DNA of 64,000 bases, from the IMG/VR virus record IMGVR_UViG_3300012001_000010, positions 6,356 to 70,355 of that record; one strand, written 5' to 3'. Within the stretch, counting starts at the first letter, position 1. Each line of letters starts with the position of its first letter. Positions 18,720-29,412 of the stretch are shown one piece after another. The notes beneath the pieces were generated by a model that ran no database searches, had not been told where the DNA came from, and saw nothing but the letters and a program-made list of their open reading frames with translations. Source of the stretch: a virus. The translations under genes and the position numbers were made by a program.

Positions 18720-19127
18720 ATGAACCTCGGTCGATTCCAGCTTGGCCAGTTCGTGACATTGGGACTATCGACGGTCAACACTGTCGGCGTCCCGACCGCA
18801 CCCGACGCGGCACCGATGGCGACAATCACGACTCCGGGTGTGGTTGCTGGTGCGCCATTTAAGCTCGCGATGAACGGTGGACCGCTCGCGTTCGCGCTGT
18901 CGATCCAACTCGGCTTAGCTTACGGCTTGGGTACATTTTCTGTGACGTACACCTATTCTGTCAATGGTGCGGCTCTGACGGGCGGCGACACCTTCACGGT
19001 GATCGCGGGCGGCGATCCCGGTGGCGGTATCATCGCGATGGCCTACTACGAGCGACCCGAGGCCGGATACGTGGTGACACAGTTGACCAGCGGGCGAATC
19101 GTCCAAGGTCGCAACCCGAGTTTATGA
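18720..19127 (+). CDS. Beta-rich virion protein (Ig-like)
   Basis: Gly/Thr/Ala-rich beta pattern in the structural operon. Confidence 0.55.
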   Translation: MNLGRFQLGQFVTLGLSTVNTVGVPTAPDAAPMATITTPGVVAGAPFKLAMNGGPLAFALSIQLGLAYGLGTFSVTYTYSVNGAALTGGDTFTVIAGGDPGGGIIAMAYYERPEAGYVVTQLTSGRIVQGRNPSL

Positions 19128-19137
19128 GGAAACTACG

Positions 19138-19731
19138 ATGTTTGGACGATTTGGCTTCCGAGATAAGGCGACCGCCGTGATTGAGCGAGCTAAGGCGTTT
19201 TTTTACTCTCGCTTCCTTGCCGCTAAGTTTGCGATCGGCGGCGTCTATCGCGTCGATTGTTTTGACTCGGGTGGGAACCTGCGATGGTCAACTCTTGCGA
19301 AGAACGGCGTAACCGACCTCGGGATCGCGACGATCCTAAACGTGTTCCTGCGCGCACAAGCAGGTATCGCGTCGTGGTACATCGGCTTGATCGACAACGC
19401 GGGCTTCACGGCGCTGGCTTCATCCGATATTGCAACGTCTCATGTTGGATGGTCTGAAGTTGCCGGAACGAACTATAGCGATGCAAACCGGATTGTGTGG
19501 TTGGCCGGTGCGGCTGCTTCGGGTGCCGTGGTTAATCCGACATCGAGCGACTTCCACATGATCCCCTCCGCCGCCCTCACTGTGAGGGGGCTGTTCCTGA
19601 TCTCCGACAACACCAAGGGCGGGACGATCGGGACTCTGTTCTCGACCGCCGCATTTACGGGCGGCAATCAGATTGTCAACAACGGGGATACTTTGAAAGT
19701 TACGTACACAGTTTCCGCCGTGTCAACCTAA
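19138..19731 (+). CDS. Putative tail/baseplate-associated structural protein
   Basis: GAGGA RBS; WYIGLI...GTLFSTAAF...GDTLKVTYTVS pattern. Confidence 0.6.
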   Translation: MFGRFGFRDKATAVIERAKAFFYSRFLAAKFAIGGVYRVDCFDSGGNLRWSTLAKNGVTDLGIATILNVFLRAQAGIASWYIGLIDNAGFTALASSDIATSHVGWSEVAGTNYSDANRIVWLAGAAASGAVVNPTSSDFHMIPSAALTVRGLFLISDNTKGGTIGTLFSTAAFTGGNQIVNNGDTLKVTYTVSAVST

Positions 19732-19812
19732 GATTGTTCCGGTCGGCGCAAACGGGCCGGGCCGGGTAGGGGATTTTCCTTTGCCCGGCTTCTTTTCCAG
19801 GGGGTTGGCGTT

Positions 19813-20865
19813 ATGTTGCGATTTATTGATGGATTCGACCATTATCCTACCTTGGATTTATTGCTTAAGTGGACCTCTGCGTATGAAGGTGGCGTTGGAT
19901 CAGTTAGCGGTTCAAGTCTTACGTCTAATTTTCCTATAGGATTGACTGGGCGAAATTCCACTATGGGGTGTACTCTTGCTGGTACTAGCGGATTCAACAA
20001 CTCATTAAGAAAGACGCTTAATAATCAACAAATCTGGATTGTCGGTTGCGCGTTTAATTTTGCGGTATTACCGTCGTCAACTGCGGCGATCTTTCGGTTT
20101 CTTGATGGTACGACTACGCAGAACGAGATTAATGTCAACGCAGCGGGCAATATGGTTTGGACTCGCAATGGAACCGTCTTAGCGACGGGAACGGTTGTCT
20201 TGTCAGCCGGTGTCTTTTATTACATCGAGTGTATGACGACGATCGCGGCGTCAATTACAGCCGGATCATGTGTTCTTCACGTTAACGGTATCGCTGATAT
20301 TACTTTAGCGGCTACAACGAACACGCAGAACACGGCAAACGCTTACGCACAAACCGTCGAAATACTCACGTTCGCCGGGGTTAATACGGCTATCGACGAC
20401 GTTTACATTTGCGACGGTACGGGTACGGCTAATAATTCTATCCTCGGCGATGTTCGCGTTGAAGCGATCCTTCCTAATGCGGCTGGAGCTTTTTCGGCGT
20501 GGACACCTTTGTCTGGAACGAACTTCTCACAAGTCGATCAAACCTCAGAAGACGGCGATACAACTTATGTCTCGTCGGCTACTGCGGGAAATGAAGATAC
20601 TTACTTATTTGGGTCTATGGTTTCAAGCCCGCTTAATATTTTTGGAATCCAAACGACGGTCGTCAACCGAATGGATGACGCCGGGCCGCATACAATCAAG
20701 TCAATTATCAGGATCGCCGCCGTCGACTACCCTGGTGCGACAGTCGGCCAGGCGAGCACTTACGCATTCGATACGGAAATTCACGAAACGAATCCCGCGA
20801 CCGCCGCTGCGTGGACTGCCGCCGCCGTTAATGCGTTGGAGGCGGGCGTGTCGCTCGTGAGTTAA
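19813..20865 (+). CDS. Lectin/LamG-like virion protein (receptor-binding candidate)
   Basis: MLRFIDGFDHY start, FYYIEC, IDDVYICD...LGDVRV. Confidence 0.55.
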   Translation: MLRFIDGFDHYPTLDLLLKWTSAYEGGVGSVSGSSLTSNFPIGLTGRNSTMGCTLAGTSGFNNSLRKTLNNQQIWIVGCAFNFAVLPSSTAAIFRFLDGTTTQNEINVNAAGNMVWTRNGTVLATGTVVLSAGVFYYIECMTTIAASITAGSCVLHVNGIADITLAATTNTQNTANAYAQTVEILTFAGVNTAIDDVYICDGTGTANNSILGDVRVEAILPNAAGAFSAWTPLSGTNFSQVDQTSEDGDTTYVSSATAGNEDTYLFGSMVSSPLNIFGIQTTVVNRMDDAGPHTIKSIIRIAAVDYPGATVGQASTYAFDTEIHETNPATAAAWTAAAVNALEAGVSLVS

Positions 20866-20867
20866 TC

Positions 20868-21779
20868 ATGAGTGTTCGTATCACACAGGTCGTTACCGAA
20901 GTTCTGCGTAACTCATCAGCGGCAAAAGCGAGAGTTACACAAGTTGTCGCCGAAGTTCTGCGTAACTCATCAGCGGCAAAAGCGAGAGTCACACAAGTCG
21001 TCGCTGAAGTTTTAGTTACCAGTGCTGGTAATTTTCGGCCAGTTTCAGCAACCTCTGGATTAACTTTCTCTTATAGCAGCACGAATCCTGGTAAGAGGTA
21101 TGTTTCGGCCAAAAATAACCTCTTGATGTCCATTAACGCTTATGGACGAACGTCTCCGGTTCACGCTTCGGCGTCGACCGGGATCATCTTAAGCGGGCCG
21201 GGATCGGCTTATGGATACGGCAATAAGGTCGTCTCGGCAAAAAGCGGCTTCATCCTCTCGATCTCCGATCAGACGCACTCTTATGGGAATAAAGTCGTCT
21301 CAGGGTCGAGCGGAGTAATTCTCTCAATTTCAGATAACACCTTAAATAATGGAAGTAAGCCCGTCTCGGCGACATCGGGACTCGTTTTCTCTCTCGACAC
21401 TGAAGTTCTCGATATCGCGGTCTGGAGGGTTTCGGCGTTGTCGAAACTCACCATGTCGGTCATTAGCACGGCGAGCTTTAATCGGTCAGTCAAGGCCCAG
21501 TCGGGGGTCATCCTTTCTGGCCCAGGCAAGTCTGGCAAGAATATCAGTGTAGCGGCGACGACAAATATGAGCTTGTCAGAGAAGCCGATCCCGAGCAATT
21601 TTTTCCATATCTCGTCAACGTCTTCTATACTCTTGTCGGTCAACGCAGCAGTCGTGCTCGGCCACACGCCCGCGTTGACGGGACTGATCTTCACGACTGC
21701 CGCGTTCGCGACGACCCGGTTCCCTTGGCGGTTCTCCCCGCTCGTCCTGCCGACGGGCGGCGGCTTGCCCCACTCTTGA
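20868..21779 (+). CDS. Ser-rich repetitive tail protein
   Basis: 18-aa N-terminal tandem repeats (54-bp period) then VSAxSGxxLS repeats. Confidence 0.6.
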   Translation: MSVRITQVVTEVLRNSSAAKARVTQVVAEVLRNSSAAKARVTQVVAEVLVTSAGNFRPVSATSGLTFSYSSTNPGKRYVSAKNNLLMSINAYGRTSPVHASASTGIILSGPGSAYGYGNKVVSAKSGFILSISDQTHSYGNKVVSGSSGVILSISDNTLNNGSKPVSATSGLVFSLDTEVLDIAVWRVSALSKLTMSVISTASFNRSVKAQSGVILSGPGKSGKNISVAATTNMSLSEKPIPSNFFHISSTSSILLSVNAAVVLGHTPALTGLIFTTAAFATTRFPWRFSPLVLPTGGGLPHS

Positions 21780-21802
21780 TTATTCCTCGCGAGGGTAGAG
21801 TT

Positions 21803-22636
21803 ATGCTGACTCCAGTGACAGCCGGGCTGGCCGTTGGAAACGCCGTAGGGGGCGGCACGGCGAACGGCGTGCTCTACGCCAACGGGACCGGCAATCTGGC
21901 CACGTCGGCGGGCCTCGCGTTCAATGGAGCGACGCTCACTCTCCCGCTTGGCTCTAGCGCGACTCCCTCGCTTATCCTTGGGAATAACGCGACAAACGGC
22001 TTGGTCGGAATCGGTGCTAATATCTATATAGTCGTTGGCGGCGGCTATTGGGGTACGCTCGATTTATCAAACAATATTTTCGCCTTAAACTCATCCACCA
22101 CGTTCGCTTGGTCGAGCGGCTCCAATTCATCGACAGGCTGGGATGTAACCCTTAATCGCGTCTCCGTAGGTGCTCTCCGTGTCGGCAATGGCAATAGCGG
22201 AATCAACTACGGCTCGATTATTACCGGCACCACTGACGCCGCAACAACCACCACTCCCGTTGGGTCAACGGTTACCCATACGACCTCAGGCGTACCCGCC
22301 GCTGGGTTCGGGTGCTCACAACTCTTCACCGCCCAGTCGAGCACGACCGTCGGCCAGCACGTCGGATCGGTCGTCGCATCATGGGTCGTCTCGACCGACG
22401 CGAGCCGCACGGGCCGGGTTGCCCTGTTCGCGTCGGATTATTCGGGGATCGACCGCGAAGGGCTTCGCGTCGAATCTGACGGTACACAAGCAAAGATAGG
22501 CCTCTATGGTGTCGCGGCCACCGCTCGACCAACACTCACGTATTCACGAGGCGGTGCCGGTGAGACCGCCGCCGTCGCCGCGATCCGTGTCGCTCTTGCC
22601 TCGCTCGGTATCGTGCTCGATTCGACCATCGCCTAA
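21803..22636 (+). CDS. Tail fiber-like protein
   Basis: Gly/Ser/Thr-rich; GVLYANG, DVTLNR, KIGLYG...LASLGI C-terminus. Confidence 0.6.
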   Translation: MLTPVTAGLAVGNAVGGGTANGVLYANGTGNLATSAGLAFNGATLTLPLGSSATPSLILGNNATNGLVGIGANIYIVVGGGYWGTLDLSNNIFALNSSTTFAWSSGSNSSTGWDVTLNRVSVGALRVGNGNSGINYGSIITGTTDAATTTTPVGSTVTHTTSGVPAAGFGCSQLFTAQSSTTVGQHVGSVVASWVVSTDASRTGRVALFASDYSGIDREGLRVESDGTQAKIGLYGVAATARPTLTYSRGGAGETAAVAAIRVALASLGIVLDSTIA

Positions 22637-22661
22637 CCACCACTACTAGAGGGGAAGTTTC

Positions 22662-22925
22662 ATGCTTAACGCTAATCTTATCACTAAGTACCGCACTGGA
22701 ATCGCCACGCTGCTTAGCGTGTTCGCGGACCTTCGCGACCTTGAACTTCAGATTTCGGCAGAAGGAGGAGTAGCGATCTTCCTTTCCACGGATTTCGCGG
22801 GGGCTAATGCCGATCTAACGCCTTCACAATTCGGGTCACTTGTAACAAGCCGGACTGCACTTGAAGCTATCCTGTCGGCAGGCGGGAATGCTCACTACAC
22901 GAATCTTATGAAGGCTCGTGCTTAA
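22662..22925 (+). CDS. Hypothetical protein (possible fiber chaperone)
   Basis: GAGGGG RBS; helical 87 aa after the fiber gene. Confidence 0.55.
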   Translation: MLNANLITKYRTGIATLLSVFADLRDLELQISAEGGVAIFLSTDFAGANADLTPSQFGSLVTSRTALEAILSAGGNAHYTNLMKARA

Positions 22926-22945
22926 TTTTACAACGGAGACCCGTC

Positions 22946-23722
22946 ATGCCTCAAGAAATCTTTCTACCTTATGGTGTGACGGGTCTCACGACCCTCTATG
23001 CCGCGATCCGACGCCCGTCCGATGGCTATTACTGGTACACGGTGACTCCCGCTTGGGAAATTTACAATGCGGCCCATGTCGCGGCCGGGTATGCGATCCC
23101 GCTCACTGAAGAAGGTGTGAGCGGTGATTATTACGCCAGCTTCCCGGTCGGTATCACTCTTGCGGGCCGATACGATATCGTCGCCCGGAAGCAAGCCGGT
23201 GCATCTCCGGCGTGGCCGACTGACTCCATTATTGGGACTCAGACTGGCTTCCCCTGGTCGGGTAGTAGTGTGTCGATTCCTGCCGTCGTGGATTCAGCGG
23301 GCCGTTCGACGCTTACGCCAGCCGAACATACGGCGATATCAGGAACTGACGTGCCAACCGCGATGACGACCCAGGGTTACACATCCGCTAGGGCTGTAAA
23401 AGTCGATAATCTCGACGCCTCGGTGAATGCGGTTCTCACCCAGGCGACCAACGTGAATACCTCGATCGCGGCGGCTCAAACGAATGTGACCGTCGTCGCG
23501 GACGGCGCAAACAGCACGAACGTCTTTACCGTATCAGGAGTGACAGCCGTTCCCGCAAGCCTGGTCGGGATGTCGGTCGAGTTTAGTGGAGGATCGGCCG
23601 GGAACCTAAAGGCCCGCAAGACGATCATTAGTTCAGTCGTCAACGGGGCGAACGTCCAGGTTACGGTCGGCAATGCGTTCGGCGTGATCCCGGCAGTCGG
23701 CGATACCGCCGCGATCTTCTAA
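22946..23722 (+). CDS. Virion structural protein
   Basis: GGAGA RBS; beta-rich domain, RAVKVDNLDA coiled segment, PAVGDT end. Confidence 0.6.
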   Translation: MPQEIFLPYGVTGLTTLYAAIRRPSDGYYWYTVTPAWEIYNAAHVAAGYAIPLTEEGVSGDYYASFPVGITLAGRYDIVARKQAGASPAWPTDSIIGTQTGFPWSGSSVSIPAVVDSAGRSTLTPAEHTAISGTDVPTAMTTQGYTSARAVKVDNLDASVNAVLTQATNVNTSIAAAQTNVTVVADGANSTNVFTVSGVTAVPASLVGMSVEFSGGSAGNLKARKTIISSVVNGANVQVTVGNAFGVIPAVGDTAAIF

Positions 23723-23734
23723 GCGAGGCGAATC

Positions 23735-26173
23735 ATGCCGCTCCTTTGGCCCTATAAAGCTAGACGACTTTCGGTTGGTCCATCTGTACTTGCGGCCTCA
23801 GCGAGAAGTGGATTCGCGTTAGCGGAAGTCGTGATTCTATCAGGAGGCACACCTACGTCTTCTCCGGGATCAAAGGAGCGTGGACTCGGCGTCCAGAATG
23901 TGATTCGGAGCGGCATCAGCGGCGATTTCCCGCTCAGTTTCGCCGAGACGCCATCGGGACTGCTCCTGATGGCGAACGGGATCGACCCGATGATGAAGTG
24001 GGACGGGCTTGTGGCGAACGCGCCGAATGCGGGCGTGACGCCGCCATCGACGGCGATGCAGCTTGGCGGGGTCGGCTCGGGATATATCACCGGGACGCTC
24101 GCGGCTTATCAGCGGTTCGTCGATGACCACGGCAACGTGTCGGACCTCTCGCCGATCTCGAACCTCGTCGTCGCTGGGATGGACGGCTTGATTGAGTCGG
24201 TCAATTACAGCAAGGCAACCGGACTTGTCACGATGGTCTCATTCAGCCACGGCCTCGCGTCGGGCGAGCGTATCATGATCGACGGTGTTCAGGGGATTAG
24301 CCTCGTCAACGGCAGTTTCGTGATTACCGTGGTCGATCAGGATACGTTCACGATCAACGGCCTGATTAACACACAAGGCGTCTATTCCCAGGGTGGTGCC
24401 TGGACGCTCGGGGTGATGTCTTTGATCTATGGGGCGGTGCCAGTCTCGACCCAGGCGAATGTGGTGCGTCGGCAAATCCTCCGTAATCTCTCGGGTAACG
24501 CTGATGCTGTCTATGTCGATATCGACACGACCGACCTCATATCGACCGCGTTCGCCTCGACCTTGACCGACAACCTCCTCTGCGCCAACGAGCCGGTGCC
24601 GATGTTCAGCGAGGAGAATGGGTTGCCATTCGCGTCGAGACACGGCGTACCGCCATCTCATAAGTCCGTCTTGGCTCTCCACAAGGGCCGAGTCTTCGCG
24701 ACGGCGGAAACCCCCTATGACGACGGTCATGTTGAAGCGGCGTTTAATAGCGTGTTCGTTCACGGTGTTGGGACGGCATGGCCCGCTAACTTCGCGGGCA
24801 GGTGCATCTATATCAATGGTGCCAACTCGCGATATCTGATCGACTCGGTTGACCCGATCAACCAGATACTCACGCTCGACAGCCCTTTTCTTCAGCCGCC
24901 CGCACCTTATGCGCTCTACACGATCCTTCCCGACCCTGGCGAGCGGCGGCTGGTCTACTACAGTGAAGCGGGACTGGTCGAGTGTTGGCCCGCGTTTAAT
25001 GCGATCGCGGTCCCGGAGAATAATGATTCGATCGTTGGAATGGTGACTCTTGAGAGTTACTTGTACATTATCGAGCGAAGACATATCCATCGGTTGACGT
25101 TCGACAAAGACCCCGCTTCGGACGGATTCCTCTTTCGGTCGGTCAACCGTGGGAGTCTCAATAATCGGACTTATGCGAGCGTCGAGGATGCGATCTACTT
25201 CCTCGACGAGATTGGGATTCATAAGTTCGACGGCCAGGAGACGAAGCCGGTGAGCGGCCCGATCCAGACCGTGTTCCAGCAGGATGAGACCTCTGACATC
25301 TCGATCGACTGGACCTCGGATCAGTCGATCTGGCATGCCGCCGCCGATCCCGTCCGTGACACGATCCGTTGGTTCGTGACGATGGTCGGCTTCTCGGCCC
25401 CTTATCACGCGATCTCCTACAACTACCGGACGGATCGTTGGTGGATCGAGCAATATCCGACGCCGATGACCGCTTCTTGTAACGCAACGATTGGGCATCG
25501 TCGATCGCTGGCTGGTACTGACGCAAGGCGGGTCGTTTGCCTTTCAGAAGGGGTTTATGATGGAGTTGTCGGTGTTGGGACACTTCGTGGTTCACCGACC
25601 TTAGCCGACGCCGACTCATTAACTGACTCGTCAGCCTCTTTTGACGCGATCGAGGGTGCGCCTATTTCGATCGTCGATGGGACAGGCATCGGACAGACTC
25701 GGATCATTGCCTCAGTATCGACGAATGCGAATACTATTTTTATTATTCAACCGTGGACGGTTATCCCCGACGCTACGAGCGTTTATCAGGTTGGTGGAAT
25801 CCCTTGGAATTGGCAGTCGGGATGGTTCCAGTATGTCGAGGACGAGGAGGATAATTGCCGAGACATCGAGCTTGTCTTCCGGCCGGTCAAGGTTCCGACA
25901 TTGCTCGACATGCAGCTATTCTTCGACCACTCGTTCGTCCCCCGGAACTGGTCGCGATCGCTGATCCAGGATAACGTCCAAACTGAGGCTGGACTTCCGC
26001 AGATTACTGTTCAACTCGCGGCGGCGGTTGGTTGGGCGCGGCAGCAATACAGCGGACACGCGAATCGCGGAGCTTATGGCGATCGGTTCGTGTCAGTTTC
26101 GCTCTCAGGTGTCCAGGCTGGCGAGCCGGTTCGGGTATCCCAAGTGGTCATTAACGGCGTGGAGGCGGTCTAA
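23735..26173 (+). CDS. Tail nozzle / tail tubular B-like beta-propeller protein
   Basis: 812 aa; HKGRVF, LVYYSE, IYFLDEIGIHKFDG, SYNYRTDRWW repeats. Confidence 0.65.
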   Translation: MPLLWPYKARRLSVGPSVLAASARSGFALAEVVILSGGTPTSSPGSKERGLGVQNVIRSGISGDFPLSFAETPSGLLLMANGIDPMMKWDGLVANAPNAGVTPPSTAMQLGGVGSGYITGTLAAYQRFVDDHGNVSDLSPISNLVVAGMDGLIESVNYSKATGLVTMVSFSHGLASGERIMIDGVQGISLVNGSFVITVVDQDTFTINGLINTQGVYSQGGAWTLGVMSLIYGAVPVSTQANVVRRQILRNLSGNADAVYVDIDTTDLISTAFASTLTDNLLCANEPVPMFSEENGLPFASRHGVPPSHKSVLALHKGRVFATAETPYDDGHVEAAFNSVFVHGVGTAWPANFAGRCIYINGANSRYLIDSVDPINQILTLDSPFLQPPAPYALYTILPDPGERRLVYYSEAGLVECWPAFNAIAVPENNDSIVGMVTLESYLYIIERRHIHRLTFDKDPASDGFLFRSVNRGSLNNRTYASVEDAIYFLDEIGIHKFDGQETKPVSGPIQTVFQQDETSDISIDWTSDQSIWHAAADPVRDTIRWFVTMVGFSAPYHAISYNYRTDRWWIEQYPTPMTASCNATIGHRRSLAGTDARRVVCLSEGVYDGVVGVGTLRGSPTLADADSLTDSSASFDAIEGAPISIVDGTGIGQTRIIASVSTNANTIFIIQPWTVIPDATSVYQVGGIPWNWQSGWFQYVEDEEDNCRDIELVFRPVKVPTLLDMQLFFDHSFVPRNWSRSLIQDNVQTEAGLPQITVQLAAAVGWARQQYSGHANRGAYGDRFVSVSLSGVQAGEPVRVSQVVINGVEAV

Positions 26174-26886
26174 TGTTTGGACTTGACAGGCCAAACAGGC
26201 TTCTTCAGCCGTGGAAGAACGTCAAGCAGTTCAGCGAGGAACTGTACGCGATGCTCACACAGGATAAACCGATCCAACATGACGGGCCAGTGACGATTCG
26301 GGTTCCCGAGGGCCAGACGGCACTGAAGCTTGTGCGCGGCGAGCCTGGCAAAGACGCGGAACCAGCCCCTAGTATTCGGGCGAGACCGATCCCTACAGTC
26401 CCGACTCCTCTATCTACTGGCAGTAAACCTGCGTCTCCGGGCGGTCAATCCTATGGGTCTAAAGAGTCGAAGTATGAGCCGCTCATCTCGATTCATGGCG
26501 GGACAGACTTTAAGGGCCACGAGCCTGTTCGATTTGATACGCCTCCGCAAATTTATAACCCAAAGAATCGAAAATATGAAGTTGTGGCTCCGTTCGATTA
26601 TTCAGGCCCTAACCCTAAAAAGAACACGCGAATATACACGGAAGACGCAGCAACATCAGTGTATGTTGGAAAAGTAAGCTCGGGGACCGGAAATTCTTAT
26701 CAGGTTGCTATTTATCCGCTTGGACCTAATGATATTACTTCTGCGTTTACTGTCACGGTGACAGTCCCTATGATTGACCCAGATGAGACGATTGACGCCG
26801 GTACGTGGATATTCGGCATACACGTATTTACTGACTCCGAGGGCGTCGATTCGTATTTCTATCAGCCCGCCGTATGGGTGTCATGA
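26173..26886 (+). CDS. Hypothetical structural protein
   Basis: TAATG-coupled to the nozzle gene. Confidence 0.55.
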   Translation: MFGLDRPNRLLQPWKNVKQFSEELYAMLTQDKPIQHDGPVTIRVPEGQTALKLVRGEPGKDAEPAPSIRARPIPTVPTPLSTGSKPASPGGQSYGSKESKYEPLISIHGGTDFKGHEPVRFDTPPQIYNPKNRKYEVVAPFDYSGPNPKKNTRIYTEDAATSVYVGKVSSGTGNSYQVAIYPLGPNDITSAFTVTVTVPMIDPDETIDAGTWIFGIHVFTDSEGVDSYFYQPAVWVS

Positions 26887-28157
26887 TGTTTAAGATTAAC
26901 CAAAAAAAAGGACTACCCAGGCTCGCCGCTGTTAATCCAGCTTCAAATTCCTCTTTTACTATGAGTCGCGGGGATATCTTGACGGGGAAGCTGCCCGTCT
27001 TTTGGGGTCCATCTCAGCCCGCCCCGGACGTATTTGGTGAATATTTTCCTCCAAATGATTGGGCGAAAGTTAACACATTACTACGTGTTCCTCGTGTGGC
27101 TCGGTTCTTCTTTGAGACTGTAACGATTTTAACTGACGTGACGATCGCGAGTTGGATGACGGGAACTTACAGTTACGGCGTCCACACGGATTCGTTTGAT
27201 CTTGATATAACAACCCCTTCTAGCTTTTATCCAACGCATACTCACACGACCAGCCTTGCGGACGCCGGTACAGCGCAGTACGCGATTGAATTCGACAAGG
27301 GTTTCAGTGGACACGATTATTTGCCAGGTGTCGGTAGTTTCGACGCGACAGGAACACAAAAGAACTGGTATAGTACGTTTTATGTCGCGCCTTTTCATCT
27401 TGAAGTTTATGAGGATCGGAGCAGTACTCTATACGAATTGATCGGGATTATTGATGCGCTTCAAGGGCAACATTTAAACTTACCGCCTTCGACGGCTCTT
27501 TTTGGCCTTCCTCATATCACGACGACTTCTTATGGTCCCTATAGCGGTGGATTATGCGCCCCAGTAAAAGTGGGTACTTTTTCCATAAATGGGATTGGAT
27601 ATGGAACAGCGATCCCTTACCCTGAACTCGGAATGATTATCCCGGCTGGGTGGGCACAGCCGCCTCCACTTCAGGTTCCGAGCCAGACTGACGCGATTCA
27701 CGCCGTTGCTAATGCTCAGTACGCCGCATACAATCAGCCAAAGAGCGTTTCGTTCGATTGGTTCGACCGATCGAGCGGATATAATTTTCTCGATCTCGTG
27801 ACGCCATCAGCGACAGGTTTTTTTGGAACCCGTACCGTATCCTTCTTGATGTTCTCGACGTGGCATACGATCCCGGATCAATCTGACCCTCGTATCGCGT
27901 TGATAAAAGCGAGCTTCGCTGGTTTCGCGGACTACAAAGTCGTCGTCTTGATTGACCAGGATAGCTTTGACGATATTCTCGCCGCGACTTCCACGAATGA
28001 CACGTCAGTTGCGTCGGCTGTCGGGTTGTTTATGGGAGGCATCAATTCGCTCGTGTCTTCGCTAGCTGAATACGGATGGACGATGGAGACCGTTGGGTAC
28101 AAGAATCTCAATTCCGTGAGTTCTATTGTCTCTCGGTATATCGGCCTTATTGGTTAG
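26874..28157 (+). CDS. Hypothetical structural protein (AT-richer, variable)
   Basis: 427-aa ORF in operon. Confidence 0.55.
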   Translation: MGVMMFKINQKKGLPRLAAVNPASNSSFTMSRGDILTGKLPVFWGPSQPAPDVFGEYFPPNDWAKVNTLLRVPRVARFFFETVTILTDVTIASWMTGTYSYGVHTDSFDLDITTPSSFYPTHTHTTSLADAGTAQYAIEFDKGFSGHDYLPGVGSFDATGTQKNWYSTFYVAPFHLEVYEDRSSTLYELIGIIDALQGQHLNLPPSTALFGLPHITTTSYGPYSGGLCAPVKVGTFSINGIGYGTAIPYPELGMIIPAGWAQPPPLQVPSQTDAIHAVANAQYAAYNQPKSVSFDWFDRSSGYNFLDLVTPSATGFFGTRTVSFLMFSTWHTIPDQSDPRIALIKASFAGFADYKVVVLIDQDSFDDILAATSTNDTSVASAVGLFMGGINSLVSSLAEYGWTMETVGYKNLNSVSSIVSRYIGLIG

Positions 28158-28194
28158 ACTTTTCTTTTCTTCTCTAGAAAAAAGGAACCATGCG

Positions 28195-29349
28195 ATGAGC
28201 AATTTTTTATCTCCAGATGAGACTAAACTCATCATTGAACAAACCACGTTATCAGGCGGTACTAGCAATACAAACAGGAACTCTAATTATAACGATTCGC
28301 ATGCCGAAAGCACTTCGGTATCCACGAATACGAATACCGAAAATTCCACGTCGAAATCCACGTCGTTCAATCAGAACAACTCGATCAGTAGTTCGCTCAA
28401 TTCCTCGGTGAGCCTGAACACGTCGAACAGTTCGAGCTTCGACACGTCAAATAGTACGTCCAATAACACGTCGAACTCGACCTCGACGGCGAACAATACA
28501 AACTTCTCCCAGAGCGACATCCAGGTCGCGACGATCAACGCGGCGGCTAGCAATTATCAGGCGGATCAAGGTTTAGCGGGCGTTAACCTGCATGAGCAGG
28601 CCGAGACATATCGGCTCAACCTTAAGCTCGCGTTCGCCGGTGCGAAGTTCGAGGAAGTTTTCCCTCTCGTGTCGGGTGTCGCTGGGGCTGCTTCTGGTAC
28701 TGTTTCGAGCGCACCGATCGGATTCTCGGCATTCATGAAGCCGTCTGGTCTAGTTATGTCGGGTCCGGTTCCGGGTTCGGCTTCGGGTTCTGGCGGCGAC
28801 TACACGGTCGGCGGCGGTATGGAGATGGGATATTACAGCCGGACGCCGATGCGAGACTTCGGCGACCTCCGCATGGGCGGCGGCGACACGAAGACGGGCG
28901 GGATCGGGTTCGCGTCGGGTTCCTCGGTAGCCGATGCTGTGGCCGCGACTCAGTTGCCATTCATCTCGACCTCTGGTGTCCTAACCCCGGCCCAAATCCA
29001 GCAACAGGTCAACTCGGCCTCGGCGCGGTCGGACACGCGAACCCAATCTGAGATCAGGCGGCTCATCGGCGACCTATCGGGACGCGGATTCTCGACGAAC
29101 TCGCCCATATTGGCCGCTCTCCGGGTCGGATTGGCGGGCCAGAACCTCAAGGCTACGCTCGAAAACGCGACCCAGATTCAGCTTGAGTCGGCAAAACTTA
29201 ATGCGGACGCGACTTTTGCTGGCCAAAAGGCTGTCGCCGATCAGTATAACGCACAGGAACAAGTGCTCGTCTCGATCGCGGTCAATAATACGACCAGGAC
29301 AGTTGGCGTCCTTAAGGCTGTGACCGAGATGGTCGGCAACGCCTTGTAA
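28195..29349 (+). CDS. Putative ejection/pilot protein with Asn/Ser/Thr-rich tract
   Basis: Low-complexity N/S/T region, Gly-rich middle, coiled-coil C-terminus. Confidence 0.55.
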   Translation: MSNFLSPDETKLIIEQTTLSGGTSNTNRNSNYNDSHAESTSVSTNTNTENSTSKSTSFNQNNSISSSLNSSVSLNTSNSSSFDTSNSTSNNTSNSTSTANNTNFSQSDIQVATINAAASNYQADQGLAGVNLHEQAETYRLNLKLAFAGAKFEEVFPLVSGVAGAASGTVSSAPIGFSAFMKPSGLVMSGPVPGSASGSGGDYTVGGGMEMGYYSRTPMRDFGDLRMGGGDTKTGGIGFASGSSVADAVAATQLPFISTSGVLTPAQIQQQVNSASARSDTRTQSEIRRLIGDLSGRGFSTNSPILAALRVGLAGQNLKATLENATQIQLESAKLNADATFAGQKAVADQYNAQEQVLVSIAVNNTTRTVGVLKAVTEMVGNAL

Positions 29350-29352
29350 GTC

Positions 29353-29364
29353 TTGGGTATATCT
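29353..29364 (+). promoter_or_regulatory. Putative late promoter motif B, copy 3
   Basis: TTGGGTATATCT, intergenic. Confidence 0.5.
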
Positions 29365-29412
29365 CTATCAGGCGGGCGTAATCGTGCGTGACCGCTCCGG
29401 GAGCGCCACGCC

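Noticed and set aside
20905-20975. CTGATGAG on the minus strand as further hammerheads
   Set aside because: Inside a coding tandem repeat, with no matching GAAA/stem III/NUH arrangement
19813-28157. Diversity-generating retroelement acting on tail genes
   Set aside because: No reverse transcriptase and no TR/VR pair differing at adenines seen
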